A stretch of DNA of 64,000 bases from Ylistrum balloti (Eukaryota). The notes beneath the pieces are model-generated. The model searched no databases, was not told the DNA's origin, and saw nothing but the letters and a program-made list of their open reading frames with translations. The position numbers and the translations under genes were made by a program. This document shows, piece by piece, positions 25,129-40,740 of the stretch (positions are counted from its first letter, which is position 1; every line of letters begins with the position of its first letter). The stretch covers positions 124,001 through 188,000 of the forward strand of contig NW_026782992.1 of NCBI RefSeq assembly GCF_031769215.1, in the 5' to 3' direction.

Positions 25129-28100
25129 CTGAAATTTCATACAACCCTGAAATACTCCGTCGATATCTTTTTGTTGTATAAACGTACACCTTTAAAACTT
25201 GTGTAAAAGCGGTGACGTGAATTTAATCTGACGTGAGTTTCCGTGTGGCTGAAGACTAAGTATGTAGGGGTTTTCATTAACGGCAATTTATCGTAATTGC
25301 CGTGTACTTTTAACAATCCAGTCAATATGCATGTGCACTGAGCATACCCTAGAGAGTGCTCGTGCCTGGTACCAGGGAACGGGTGTCTGGACGATAGTAT
25401 TTGTCCGCGACCAATACCTCCGCCAGATCACCTGGTGATTCTCTGTAACTCGAACACGTGTCAAAATCGGTCACGATGTAGGTTTTTTGCCCGTCTTGTA
25501 AAATTTTCCATTGACGATGTCTCTCTGTCGTTAGATACTCTATCTCTACAGCTGTCTCAGATTTTACCTGCAGATTTGGCTTTATACTATAATGCTCTCC
25601 CTCCAAACGAGACAATAGTTATGCCATAAAAGCTATTCAGGGAGATTTCCATATTTCTTGCAAAATCCTGATCTCGGAAACACCATTGTATTGGAAACAA
25701 CTGAAGTGAAAATGTTAAATAAAAATGTAAATATCGAACATATTGACCAACACCTATAATGTTTTACAAAAGAAAATCAATTAAACTTTAAAGGGAAGTA
25801 TTTATTTTTTAAAACACGAACGTGTTGAGTATTACAATAAGGGAAAAAACATGTAAACTCGAAAACCGTTGCAGCAAAAACCAACAACTTTGGTTGAGTT
25901 CACTGCTGACAAGACAAGCGAAATATTTCAGCAATCCCCGAGAGCAAGTATAAATAGCATTGCTTATGTTGCATTTTCTTTCCAAAATGGCGGTGAAGGG
26001 CATACAACTGGGAGTGACAGACGCTACCTTTACACCGCCAAATTTATCTCCAACAAAATTTTTGTAACGGTGGTCGAAGGTCTCAAGTTTTTAACGCTTT
26101 TCGTGGATATCATCTTAACGCTAAGATGAGCATACCCATGCTTGATTATGTAATTACTTTCTTACATATCAACATATCGTGTACAATTGTACTACAGACA
26201 CGTTGACGAAGGATTAAAGGTCCGCGAGACCAAGAACAAAGCATGTTGTGTGATAGAAAAGGACAATCTTAAAGAATCAAAAGAGGAATGCAATGTCAGT
26301 GTGTAAGAGATTCGTCGGCTGAACAAGACCGAGAGGCCGTATAAGTGGACATTAAACGCATTCAATTAACAACCAGTATCAATAAGTTGTATTTTGGTCT
26401 GAAATTGTATAACTAGGTGTAAAGAATTGTCTAAATGTACTATCAACTGTAAATTTTTTGTCACAATACTCCGATTTCGTAAATTTCCTATATTTGGAAT
26501 ATTACATCGATATTACTATATCACCAGAAAAACGAATGAGACTTGGGTTCGATTCTTCTGCTAATTTAAAAAAATAAACATGTTTTAAACAATGGGACGG
26601 ATATTATCTGCAACCATTGATATTAAACTAAGAGCGAACCAATTTCAATTGTACGCATATCGTTAATATATGTTTACCATATTTGTACAGTGTATGTGTC
26701 GGTTTTGAATTTGAACTCTCCTGTCCGATTTCTTGTTAATCTTGCGGCTATTATCAAATAAATTAAAAATTATTCAATCTAATACTAATTTGATACTAGG
26801 AAAATTGCTTTTGGATTCAAGAAAATCGATAATTTATTCCAAGTTTAATCAGGTTTGGTTGAGGATAATGAATAAATGAAATCGCCTTGCCGTGTAAGGA
26901 TTTAATACCATTATCAGTAGCAGCCAATCCACAAGCTTTTCTACGGGAAAACCTTTTAATGTTATCAGTAAAAAACTGTATGATGACGTTAATACGTAAA
27001 TAATTTACGTTAAGACTGCCAAGCCCTATTTGCCATATCGCAGATAAATCTAATATTCTATTTTTAAAATGTTATGTACGTGGCACGTGTCTCTAAATAT
27101 GTTTCGTATTATGTGTATGTGTTATTACATCTTTTGATGTAATAATGTAATTTCAGATCAGGGCACGTGTAATGTAATCACATTTAAAAGAATTATACGT
27201 AATTTTGATATAAATTTTTGGCTAAATTAAGAATATCATCATCCTAATTGGAAAATTAACAACTGCAGTTAACTAGACATGAACTTTTTGGTTATTGTCA
27301 TTATTATCTTATTAAGTAATATTCTACTTCCTTGTGCGTTATGAAGTTAAATAATTTCGTGGTCACTTTCCCCGTTGCCGTCCTGAAAACGGGACTTTAA
27401 TACGCTTCACATTGTAACTTTGAATTTATTCCAAATGTAATGTGACATTTCATGGCCAACGAAATAATTTCCTCCAAATGAACTGATCTGGGGAAATATA
27501 TATCCGCTACACAACTAGAAATTTCAAAATAAAATGAATAATTTACACAAGGTTGACTTGTGACATTACAAGCATGAAAGGCCACTGCAAATATCAAAAC
27601 ACAACAACGTTGTCCTCTCTTTCTGATAATATTTTGCTCGCGTTGTCTAACTTTTGAGATCAGGTCACAAAGTTGGTATTTTCTCTTTAAATAGAAGTTC
27701 TTCACCAGAACAGGTAAGTAATGTCACTGGATTTCAAAATAAAATTTGATAGTCGATATGCTATTCGTTATATTAAAGTATACATTATGATGACGCAAGA
27801 TTTTTACAATTTGTTGAAATGTCAATTCATAACTTAAATTGGTTTTGTAGTAAAATTATTGTTACTGTTAGTGAACTATTAGCCCAAAAGGTTGGCGGTC
27901 GCTACAGACTATTTGTCCTGGATGGCTGATCGTAACCTTTTGGTCCCAATTGATAAGTCTCTAATATTTAATTAGTATAAATTCCCTCCTGGATCTACAT
28001 AAATAATTAAATACCTATAAAAAATAGGTAACAACATAAACAACTATCTTAACACTTCACAATATATTCATTGTTTTGATATTTGACGCCAAAAAAGAAT

Positions 28101-29257
28101 GCAAGAGATAAAAAAAAAGCGATTTCTGCGATCGATGCATCTTCGATGTTAAAGATGCTGGAAATCGAGAAAAATGTCAAAGATAAGTAATGTTACTATC
28201 AATTGAAGATCAGAACAACGGAATCAAACACAACAAAGACAATACTGACATATCAACAGAATCTCGAAGTACCCATAGACTCCAGCAGATGATAAATTCA
28301 GAGAAAAATACAATGTATGAAACGAAAGCATAAGAAATGACAAATCTGCTTGCTACATTTTTAAAGCAATGTCTTATAAACTTGGCTATTCTATATTTGG
28401 ATTCTTACCAAAAATGTTTTTGAAATAGATAATATGTACGTATATATGCGAACTTTATCGATGGAAACTGGTTTTAATCAATCTTAACTCCGTATATGCC
28501 TGAGAAACATAGACTTTTTTCGTTTTTTTTTAAATAATTTTACTTCTTGTTTGGATTTTCATACAATCTCAGTACACTTTTCTTATGACTTATTAAATCA
28601 AGCTTAAGTATTTTTATTCATGAATGGAAATAATATTGAATGTTTTTGTAGCGGAAATTAATTGGAATTTGTTTACAATGTGACTCACAAATTTAATATC
28701 TTGAACCAACATGTGATATGGGTTGATCAATAGAAGTGAACAATGTGTCTAGTGTTGAAATGGTTTTGGAAAACATCTCCATCTTCAACAATATGTCTAT
28801 TGTCTCATTATTTTACAAATAAAATGTTATTACATGTTAAGTATGAGGGCGTTTAGACCACGCCCACTGGTATATACATTGTGACATTGTGCATATTTTC
28901 AGACTTTGTACTCTATACTAATGATGGCACAACAAATTTATCCAGTTGTTTTTAAAAACCACGACATTATTAAAGATATATTGTCTAAATCTAACTTTGT
29001 CCATCCTGTTAGATATAAAATAACATATGTTTTCCCTAACAATTATCTGGATAACGGTATGTCTGCTTTTGATACGAAACTAATAGAAAATAACATTTTG
29101 AAGTCAAAGAATTTTTCTCAAATTTCTCTCTGGTAATGGAATGTAAGCGAAATAGGAAAAAATGAAATAAAAAGAAATATCATTAAAGAGATATCAAAAC
29201 ATCATTTGAAAACATAACCATAACTAATTATTATATTGATGGTGTCAGAAAATCATC

Positions 29258-29820
29258 CTATTAACAGATATGCTGTATCTTAACAGGTGTATTATATGTT
29301 AACAGGTATGCTGTATCTTAACAGGTGTATTATATGTTAACAGGTATGCTGTATCTTAACAGGTGTATTATATGTTAACGGGTATGCTATATCTTAACAG
29401 GTGTATTATATGTTAACGGGTGTGCTATATCTTAACAGGTATATTATATGTTAACAGGTATGCTATATCTTAAAAGGTATATTTTGTGTTAACAGTTTTG
29501 CTATACGTTAACAAGTTTATTTTATCTTAACAATGTATATTATATGTTAACCAGTACGCTGTATCTTAACAGGTATATTATATGTTAACAGGTACGTTAT
29601 ATCTTAAAAGGTATGTTATATCTTAACAGGTTATTATTTTTACAGGTATGTTATATCTTACAGGTATGTTATATCTTAACAGGTATGTTATATCTTAACA
29701 GGTACGTTATATCTTAAAAGGTATGTTGTATATTAACCGGTATGTTATATCTTAATAGGTATATCATATGTTTACAGATTTATCATATTTTAACAGGTAT
29801 GTTATATCTTAACAGGTATG
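29258..29820. repeat. Minisatellite, 19-bp unit (38-bp dimer) taacaggtatgctgtatct / taacaggtgtattatatgt
   Basis: About 29 units. Confidence 0.95.
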
Positions 29821-30829
29821 GATAACGTTTTTTTAAAGAAAGGTAATTGATTAACTTCAGCTGTTTTACAAAGAAAACAAAAATAATCACGTTTTATTTC
29901 ATTCGTTTTTTGTTTGGGACTGTTGCATGTGATATGCGCATGACTTGTTTTATCAGATGTATCTATTAAATGTTTACGCTGTAGAATATATAAGATATAT
30001 ATCTATAAATATATGTATAAAGTGTCGGCTAAAGAATGTATAAGCTATGTATTTCAAGTATAAATATCATTTATATAAAAGTATAATATGTATGTAAGAT
30101 GTTGAATGTATGCGTATAAAATGCATAGTTCTGTATATCACTTATCAGTCGTATTATGTTCAGGATTAATGTACGTTTAGAGATTCATTTTTAAATCAGA
30201 TTTATTAAAATAAGAAGACAGATCCTTAAAAAAATAAACAAAATAAATAAACCTAAGCAAAGACACAAATCACGTGGCAAATTACTGTTAAATGATACGT
30301 TTATTATTAACACAAATACAAAATTATAGACTAAACCACAAAGAAAAATCTTATAAAGTAGAAAAAATGAAAATAAATAAGAATTAAAAGAAAGAAAAAA
30401 AGCGATGAAAATTTCAAAATTTTAGAACATTACACATCAAATCTAAAAATAAGATAGCTTCATTGTATACAAAATCACAATACGAAAACTAACATAGGCG
30501 TCTACACAACATAAAACAATAAAAGGATAAAAGAAACAAATCATATATGTTCAGTTTATAAAGAAACATAAACTACAGCGATAGCGTCGACAAAGTGCAA
30601 ATTTCAAATTAGAAAACAAACATTTAAAATAAAATCAAGAGATATGTAAACCTGAAAATAAATCAATGTTACAAGGAAAATGTAGTATAAACACAATAAC
30701 AGAAACTATAATGTTAAATGGACAAAAAAATTCGCGAAATCTTCTAAATAAATGGGAAACATGAAATTTAGCACCCATACCAAATATGTTAAGTAGTGAA
30801 AAGTAAAAAAACATAAAAAGTAAATAAAT

Positions 30830-31230
30830 AGATAAAGTCTTGTAAAATAAAAATAATGAAACGACAATACTTGACCAAAACGAAATAATTTCTTATTGTA
30901 TTTAAATTGAAATTTGAAACAATGCTATTCCTTGAAAATTTAAATTTTCAATTTCTTTTTTTACAAATGTAAAATTCGGACTGAATGATGACCAACCTTA
31001 GATCATAATGATTCCTAAACATGAACCACTGTAATTTATTTTGCTACAGAAAATGAGAACTCCAGTATTACATTCCAGTCATTTCATTAGGTTCACAATG
31101 CTCTTTTCAATTTTTCCAACATTTGCAGCTACCGGTGTATCATTGTTACAATAGAGAAACTTTCCATTGTTGTCTATTTTTTAAGAACATTTGTCAATTC
31201 CTTGGAATAAATGGCTAATCCATTTATTAT
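30830..31230 (-). mobile_element. Highly decayed L1/Tx1-like LINE ORF2 C-terminal remnant
   Basis: Minus-strand peptides NKLQWFMFR and NYFVLVKYCRF resemble the zf-RVT region (KLQWFQFR...NFIILLAKYYI). Multiple stops; recognised by eye only. Confidence 0.35.
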
Positions 31231-31261
31231 AAACCAAAACAGGCATATTTAATTCTTCAAA

Positions 31262-31515
31262 AGTAAGATAATATAATTCTACAATAATAAGTTACCATAA
31301 TTCTACAATAATAAGTTACCATAATTCTACAAAAGTTAGTAACTATAATTCTACAAAAGTTAGTAACTATAATTCTACAAAAGTAAGTAACTATAATTCT
31401 ACAAAAGTTAGTAACTATAATTCTACAAAAGTTAGTAACTATAATTCTACAAAAGTTAGTAACTATAATTCTACAAAAGTAAGTAACTATAATTCTACTA
31501 AAGTAAGTAGCTATC
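31262..31515. repeat. Minisatellite, 24-bp unit ataattctacaaaagttagtaact
   Basis: About 10 copies. Confidence 0.95.
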
Positions 31516-34500
31516 AACTACAGTTCAATTTCTGTACAAAATTTCGTAAAAAAAGAAACTGTTATTGAATTAAATTTTATCGTAAAAGCATATCAGATAT
31601 GGATCTTGTGAAGATTTTAATTACTTAATTAATTAATTATAATTAGATTTTTCATTGCTTTTCTTCAGCCTTCTGGACTGTGACTGATTTCCTATTCGCG
31701 ACACATCAGTTGATATTTCAGTTTTAACGAATACATCAATAACTGAAGCAGAATTTAAAATTATTTCCATAAAATTACAGCTGCATATTTTTTATATAAA
31801 CTGGATTAAGCATGTGGAAACTTTGTAAATGAAAAGGATTATAAACACATTGAAAATGGTAATCTTTAAAAAAAACATACTGAAATAAAGACATGGTATA
31901 TATCAAACAATGTATAAAACTATATCGTGCAGCTGTTTAGTCCTTCCAAGATAAGTCAGGAATACAAATGGCATTGTGCTTAAGAAAACTCGAAATCGGC
32001 TCAGCAAATATTAAGTTATAGAAGAAAAGATGCATTTAAGCGATATTTCAATCATTGGTATGAAGTTCTTGAAATTAAATCAAAATATCCAAGTAACATG
32101 ATTTATTTTACTTATAAACTTTGTTATTAATCCTCTTATATTTCTAGTTCACAAATATTTCAGTAATTATTAATTATCTTCCCAGTAAAACTTTTCGTAA
32201 TCATATGCTCTGAGGTATTATAAATGGAGTTATTACTAATTATATATTTAAATGATATTTTATGCACATGATGTCGATTTCCATTACTACTTCCCTAACA
32301 GTATCCATAGCCACAAGCGTACAAAATATCTTCCTTTCTCCTATATGTTAAAATGAATAAAACTTAAAATAATAAAAAAGTAATTTGGAGATCAAAGTTG
32401 TTATATCGTTAGTAATTGATCATCATATAGATATTTGGCACATTCACAAAAAACCCCCAAAAAACAGCTGATTTTACAGAATCGAGAAAACATTTGTATA
32501 ATAATTACCTTTAAAAATGCATTTAGATAAAATTGTAATGCTTAAACATCTTGAAATGATACTTGAGTTGATATATATCAATGAAGGAATAACTCTTATC
32601 AATTATACCACTAAGGTCCCTTTTAAGTGAGTCATTCATACCTTAAGGTTGAACAATAAAATCCAGACAGGTGAATCAACCATGAATCAGATGAACATCT
32701 TAGAGTCCTTGGAAATCACAACATCTCATAAAAACAAGATATTATAAACACAAATAGATAAAGAAAAAACGAAATTTAAAAAATCAACATATATTTGTAA
32801 AATCACTATTTTCCTGGTTTTGATCAATAAATGATGGCGTTACATTTTATAGCTTCTCTTCCGATGGGATCAATCAACGATGAAATAATAAACACGAGGC
32901 AGTCAAGACTCATTACCACAAAACGGTAAACATACTACAAAAATCCCCGAAATACCTCACGTATGTCTTTATATCTTAATATTCTAATGCTGCTGTGATT
33001 AAAAAAAAATAATTACTTATTAGATAGGTATGAACTTATCTTTAAATTTTATATTTAATTCTGGTAGGTACATTCAAAGTTATCTTATGTTATTGATACA
33101 TTGAAATATTCCAATTATAAAACTTTTAATTGTACACTGTTAATTATAATTTGTTTTGGTCCCTCTTACTTCCATTAATATTGGAAGGGCAGTAACTCCT
33201 CTATAAGATAACCTTGCTAAGTTACCTACCTACTTGATATTAAGTGTCTATATAAATCCAAATAACAGAAACATAGCTACAGGTCTTTTTATCCTATCAA
33301 CAACCAATACAATATTATCTTAAAATTATCTATATATCGTTCAGATGTTTGTGGCAAAAGAAGAGAGAAAAAAATCCAACACAAATATACCTGTAGAGCG
33401 CCTTATATCGGAAACAACATCCATAGAATCAAGCAACAGAGCGCTAGGAACACTTATTATAAACATGTTGAGAGTCACACATGGGCAAATACGCATTAAG
33501 GTGTAATACTTCTATTTCCTGTAGGATTTTAATGATTTTGAAAATATGTAAATGTTTAAGAGCACCACTCCTGAAACTGCGGGTCTAAAGACTTGCGGTT
33601 TCTCACCATCCTCCCCTCCCTCCGCGACTTTGTCAGTATTGATGAAACTAAACAACAAGGTCAGTAAGGACTTGCGTACCTAACGACACCAGATGTTAAA
33701 CTGTTTAATATATCAACTAATAAAACCAAACCTAGCACCTGCATGTCTGACCACAAAGCCGCGGGCTCTGGTTCGAACCCTTATGTGTTTTGTCGGTTAA
33801 TCCTTTTATGTCAGCCCTGCGCTGATTAGAAATGTCAATTTGAAGTGGTATCTGTGTATTAACGAACACATCAAATATATCTTACATAGATGTGTTGTGG
33901 TTATGTAAACAATTTACCAAGTACAATATGACTAGTTTTGGAAAAAATGCTTTTCGAATAGAAACTGATTGTTTATTTTTTTATTGAGGTATGAACGGGA
34001 ATAACAATACCATTAATACGGGAGTGTTCATGATGAATCGTGTCAATTCATCCGGAGTGGTTAAAGATAGTAACAATGATTACACTCTGAGTCAGATAGG
34101 TTTACAAAAGACATTCATGTATGACACCTTTGTGGGGACTCACGTAATACAAAATTGATTGGTTATTCTGCTTTCAAAAAGTGGAACATGTTCGTCCATC
34201 ATCAATGGTTGTAGACCGCTAACCTGATTACTTTGAGGACGAGACATGTGTTTCTATTTTTCAAATTTTATTTTTTCATTATACTTGATATCAATGTCAA
34301 CTGTATTCCTAGATATTCAAAAGACCAACAGTATACCCAAAATGTGTGAAGTCAGAATTTCCTGCAACTGCCCGCATCTTTCATTTAAATCGTAATATTG
34401 TGAACAAACCTTCGACTACGACATTTGAATATCATAATTAAGGAGAAAGGAATACTTCTATCAAGAAAGGCAAATATCACACTATGGAAACTGATATTTA

Positions 34501-34904
34501 CGTTTGTCGTATAGCTCAGTGAAAAGCTGTCTCTGTATGTTTCTTTAATAAGAACTGAGAAGGATATGATGTAGCATAGTGTTGCATGTCCTTGATAAGA
34601 AGGTCTTGAGGGTATTTCAAATCGATATTGTCATTACTGTTGTATCATTGTGAGGTTGTATATCCTTGTGTAAGTAGACCTGTCTAAGTCACCAAGCAGG
34701 TTTTGTTAGTTAGCAGAAAATAAGATGTTCTTTTCAACAATGATCAAGATAATGGATGATTTACCTGTACAAAAATCATTCAATTCTTCCGCAAATTGTT
34801 TTAGTAACATTGTGGCTTTGTGACCAAGGAGTATGGACTAACGTTTTGTTTATTTTTCATTTAGATTTTAACCTGATGGTTCTTTTCAAATGGTGTTTGA
34901 TTAA

Positions 34905-35400
34905 TGTTAAACATAATGACGAAATACACCAAGGTGATCACACTTAATGACGAAATAAACCAGTGTTCACATTTAATGACGAAATACACCAAAGTGTTTA
35001 CATTTAATGAGCAAATACAATAAAGTATTCGAAATAAACCAGTGTTCACATTTAATGACGAAAAATACCAAAGTGTTCACTTTTAAGGACGAAATACACA
35101 AAAGTTTTCACTTTTAATGACGAAATAAACCAGTGTTCACATTTAATGACGAAATACACCAAAGTGTTCACATTTAATGACGAAATACACTGAAGTGTTC
35201 ACACTTAATGACAAAATACACCAAAGTGTTCACATTTAATGACAAAATACACCAAAGTGTTCACATTTAATAACAAAATACACCAAAGTGTTCACACTTA
35301 CTGACGAAATACACCAAAGTGTTCACACTTACTGACGAAATACATCAAATGTTCGCACTAAATGACAAAATACACCAAAGTGCTCGCACTTAATGACGAA
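34905..35400. repeat. Minisatellite, 31-bp unit aatgacgaaatacaccaaagtgttcacattt
   Basis: About 15 copies. Confidence 0.95.
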
Positions 35401-38400
35401 ATTCATAGCAAAAGCAACACAACACGAATACCTAAAACCGTAAACACTGATATTTAACATGAAGATCGGACATAACTCTTTATAACGTATTAATCTCAAA
35501 GCTAATATAACAATGTTTGAAAACAACAACGTCTAACACAAATACATAATCAACAACGAATCAACTCAACAGCTGTTCTGTTAATTATTACAAGTTATAA
35601 TTCAATGATTGGAGGTTTTATTTTTGATATATACTGAACAATTAAAAACTTAAGAAATATACGTAATGGTTAAAAAGTATTAACAATATTATTCATTTCA
35701 CCAAAATCTAATCTGATAGCGTTTAATTTGTTATGACAAAAATAAGTGACCATACAATACGGCACGTTAGATGTCAGTGTCACATCCGGGTCACGAAACG
35801 GATACGAACATTATCACATGGGTCACCAGTATATCCTTAAGAGGTGTTTCTGCGAAATATGTGTTTGTTTATAAACTACTTCGAGTTGGATTGATGGATT
35901 TTGTAAACACGCTTTTATTTCTCTTGCTTATGCCTGTTATCTATATCCTGCTGTGTTTTATTAAATGGTTTACCTGAGACATTGTACGTTGTCAAGACCT
36001 ATGTGGTAAAACTGTAATTCTTAAATATTCCTTACCTTATTCATGCCTCATGGTTTTAAATTGTGAATGTGTATTTTAAATGTAAATAAACCATTATTCA
36101 GCAATATTCGCACTGTTTTGCAGTGCAGAAATAAATTGTTTTAGTCCGTGTTTGCCAATCAGCTTGGTAGTTTTATAACCATGAATATATTTCAAATAAG
36201 ATAATACAAAAATATTGCTTACAGATAACTATATATATTACTAAGGTGTTTTCAACTGGTTTTATATTCACTAATATCTTGTGAAATCTTGAAATGTAAC
36301 ATGGAACGAAAGAATATAAACTCCAACATACAGTTGTTTCTTCTTTATAGGACTTGTCAGCTTTGAAACCTGGGAGGTGGCTGAGGAAAACAAAGTTGAA
36401 ATGAATGTCAAAATGAAAATGTGGAGATGCACTTGACCTTTGATTCAATAGATGTCATAATTTTCAAATATCAGATAGTTTTAAAAGGACGTCAAATGTA
36501 TTTGTACATGGCTATATTCTGAACTGTACCACTCTTTTAACAACTACACAACTGACGTTACATATGTGTCTATGTTGTCCTTATCTAAACATCCCCTATG
36601 ATCCCGGAAGCAGGCGGTGACTTAAGGACATGTTAACCTGTTTGATTTCCTTACATCTCGTTAGCCACTATTCAAGTTCTTCATTAATCTTGAGTCCATT
36701 GAATCATCGGTATTAAACACACAATCACATATCTGACCTGACAAGAATTGAAGATGTGATCATTTGGAAAAATTATGACGGAGATATATACGATCAATAA
36801 AGTGTATTCGCTTGTCTTCACATCTTCTACACGAATCAACAGTCTTCAATCTTCTGCTTTTTTACGATAGAACCATCTTGCTTCCCAGATGATTTGCATG
36901 TCCCACATATATTGAAAATACATGATGTTACTTTCTCTATGTCTAGAACCGTATAATGCACTAATGTAAAATTTATTTCTAGTTCTTTTAATAACAAGCC
37001 ACAATGTCTAAGGGCAGTCTTGGTTCATACACACTAAAATTTATGATGCTATAAAGAATATGATAAATTGTACTTTTAAGGTAGATCACCATTGTGTCGT
37101 ATATATAAAACGGTATTAAAAGTTAATTTCAACTGTAAGGAACACCTCCTCATTCAACAGTTTATACAACCTTACCCTGAAAATCAGATTTATAGTATAC
37201 AGGATTGGGGATAATGAACGGAACGCATATATTTTCCGACAGAGACGTTTATCAAAAATATTAATTAAAGATCTGTTTGTAAGAATGTCAAATTGTCATA
37301 CTTAATGAAGACGGGACATTTCTCCAGTATCTTACATAACATCTTTTACGTATGTTTTCACATATGTTTATTTATTGAAAACTCACACTTTTTTGTGGGG
37401 CACAATATTCATAGATGTTTAAAATAATATTCTTTCGTGGACGTTTCATTTGATAGATAAATATGGCTTATGCTAGTTTTGACAGTTCGTGAGCAGTTGA
37501 ATTTGTAGATTAAGAGTGCTCACGAAAGCAACGAAAATTAATCTACCTCGAAAATGAATGATATTACAGTATATTTCTGTTTTTATATGTCTTTAAATCA
37601 TTCTGGAACCTGCTGTCATATTACAACTTTAAGCAGACCTTCTTCCAATACAAAATAAATATATGCCATAATCGATTAATAACGTTAATTTGATAAATGT
37701 TTTTTTCTTACAAAGTATATTTTAATTAAAATATGAAAAAAGATATATCAGCTGAATTCATCCACCTGTGACTTTCTTCTTGGTAACTGGATTGAGGAGA
37801 TTAACATAAAGACGACAAGGTTATCTCCCTTCTTACATACTGAATAAAACAGATTTAAATTCAATATTTGCATATATATTTGATGGATATCAATTTAAAT
37901 GAGAATAGTTTTGAATATCATTCTATTAAATAGAAATAGTCTTTGCAGTAAACATGTACGGGCAGAATTAACACATGCACTTATTTTCTATATGTGCCTT
38001 TATATTTCACTGACGGGACTAAATTCTTGTTATTCAAATATGAGAATATGTTCATCGTGTCATCAAACCTGCATATTAAACACTAAGACAATCAGTGATC
38101 TGTACATCTTGGAAATATTATTGAAAACAAAACGAAATACACGTTTAGCAATAAATGTCCTTTATATGATTATGCTGGAGAAATTCATCTCGATAGCTTT
38201 TATCTATATACGTAAGAAATACGAATCTTAACAGCATTTTGTAAACAAATGACACTGAGGTTATACGAGGAACTGGTCTATTCATAACAATGTTTATTAG
38301 AACTGTAGAACTACATAAAATATAATCTATTACTCTACTCATTATGTCAAAAACATTTTGTATGTTTTCCTAAATAATCAGAATTGTGTAACAGATATTT

Positions 38401-40629
38401 TGATAAAATTGAATCATTACTTTCAACAGAAATTTTACCTCGTCGATGAACATCAATATTATATCTTTTACAGCTCTGATATTAGAACATAGCAATGCAG
38501 ATGTCATAAATATATGACTTAAAATTGCATCAAAACAACTACGTTTACGCAACCTTTGTCACGTTATCTGCAGCTGACCAAGGAAATGTACTCTGGATTA
38601 GGATCGATTTAATAGCATTAAGATCATAGTACCAATCTTATATACACAAATGATTAGCTTTAGAACCTTTACTGACATACAACCTTGACCATTCTTTAAA
38701 CACCAACGCACGCCCATTCAATACAAAGACACAAAAACGAACATTTTAGCCCACACGCACACATGTTACAGACAGTGTAAATCGGTAATATATTGACTTG
38801 TTTCCATTTATGGTTACTTGTATATTACAAGTAAAGTAAAACAGATGTATAAAGACGGATTAGGCTATCATCACTAGAGGAGACGACACCGAACCTTAAA
38901 ATGGCATCTTGGTAAAATTCAAAATATTAATCAAGGATTGTACAAAAGACACACAAGGCTATACGAGTATTCCCAAAGGGTAAAAGAAACGATAACAAGA
39001 GAAAAGTAATGTCACTACTACAGTAATTTTAGCATAAAATCAATAAAGCAATTCGACCTTAAAACAGATAAGGACGCATCCGAAAAAGAGCGGGCGTTTT
39101 AGTATTTTGTCTGGTATCACATCGGAAAAGTACACGCCTTCTCGGTAGAAAGACATCGCTTTGTCAATTTTGCTTGAAACCGAAAATGTCTCGTTCTCAA
39201 AGATTGTACAAAATACATGCAAGTGAATAGCACTTTTAAATAATTTAGAGAGAGACACAATAGAGACAAAGAATTAATTAAAATGCACCATACAGAAGGA
39301 ATCCTTGGGGTGTAAAAAATAATCAGGTACATTATCTCTTATCCTACACAGTGATCGACGCGTCGCAAAAGGTGACCTTTCACCCCGCAATAAAGTAATC
39401 ACCAACATTAATCTGACCAGAATTCCGTCTGTTCTATGTTTGTGATAAAAAATAATAATATTACGTCCTAACAATATAGTAATTGAAGTCTGAATATTGG
39501 GAGAAGTAGCTAGAATTTCATAACGATAGTGAAAATAAAATCATTATGCTAATTATAATATTCATTGTATTGAGATGGTGCAATTCCCCATTTAGATTTT
39601 TCTTCTGATCACTTTAGACTGTCTTAATTCGTAACTAATGCTTCATGGTTTAAGCCCTGTCTATCACTGCCGAATCCTGGAAGGACAAAACAGTTGTCTG
39701 CTGCATATCTAATGTTTAACTCTGCTGTATCGAACTCTAAATTTGTATTAAAAGGTGTGTCTTGTGAACAATGTTTCAAACATTGAGATGTCGTAAGAGC
39801 GTAAGAGATGGTTTGAATAAGAATATGTGTTATTGGTATTTCGTCTTATTTAACAGCAATATTTCGTCGCGATATATCTAAACTTGAAGAGAAAAATTTG
39901 ACAATTTGTTTTCATCCTTTCTGAAAAATGATGGTAAATGGTAAACTTTACAACATGCAAATATAAAATAAAATCATTTCAATCTCAAACTCATTAATTA
40001 CATTTTAAACCAGCTGTCAAAATTTAACGATTTTCATAATTTTCTCTTTATTTTGTTAAAAAATAAAACCACGCATAACGAACAGCTTTATATCTATAAA
40101 TGTATACCAACGTTTGCCGTTATTTGAGAAAAAGACAGATCACATAAGTCAAGAAGGTGGACGTTCCTTAATCTGAGGTGATTTATTGCCTTGTGCAGAA
40201 TTAGATACAAAATAATAACGTTTTCTTACAAAAAGTACGCCTTGTTATAGAGAGGATAGTCAAGATCAACGAATGATTCTTAGCATGCATTTTGTTAATT
40301 TGATTCATTTCTAGACTTAATCGATTTGTAAAAACTGGAAAAAAAACCAACTAATGATGTTCGTTAGACTTTTCTGTAGACTTGGATTTGTAACGAGGTG
40401 AGCTATTGATAACATGTCATTCATAAGACTTCAGAAATAGTGTAATTAGGAAATAACGTGATGCTGAAACGAAATTAACTCGTATGTAGGGCAGACGGTC
40501 TTATTAAGCAAGGCTTTTTATGAGCAGTAAATTGAGTCTGTAGAGAAAGGTCAAGTGACTAGATGTTGTACCTTATGAAATAATTACGTTACTATGATAG
40601 AGGTTAAGTATGTTATAGACACCGTGTTC

Positions 40630-40702
40630 AACAACAACAACAACACAACAAGAAAATAAAAAAACAGCAACAACAACAACAACACAACAAGAAAATAAAA
40701 AA

Positions 40703-40736
<34 letters not shown>

Positions 40737-40740
40737 ACAA
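40630..40740. repeat. (CAA)n-rich microsatellite with an internal duplication
   Basis: Direct inspection. Confidence 0.9.

Noticed and set aside
25340-25400. FPGTRHEHSLG resembling the SAMHD1/HD-domain FPGASHNRFEHSLG motif (minus strand)
   Set aside because: It needs a 3-aa gap, the upstream RL..I.QLG and downstream HD motifs are absent, and there are no matching splice sites.
33740-33790. tRNA-like GGTTCGAACCC box (a similar one lies near 26547)
   Set aside because: No cloverleaf or clear A-box; at most a SINE remnant.
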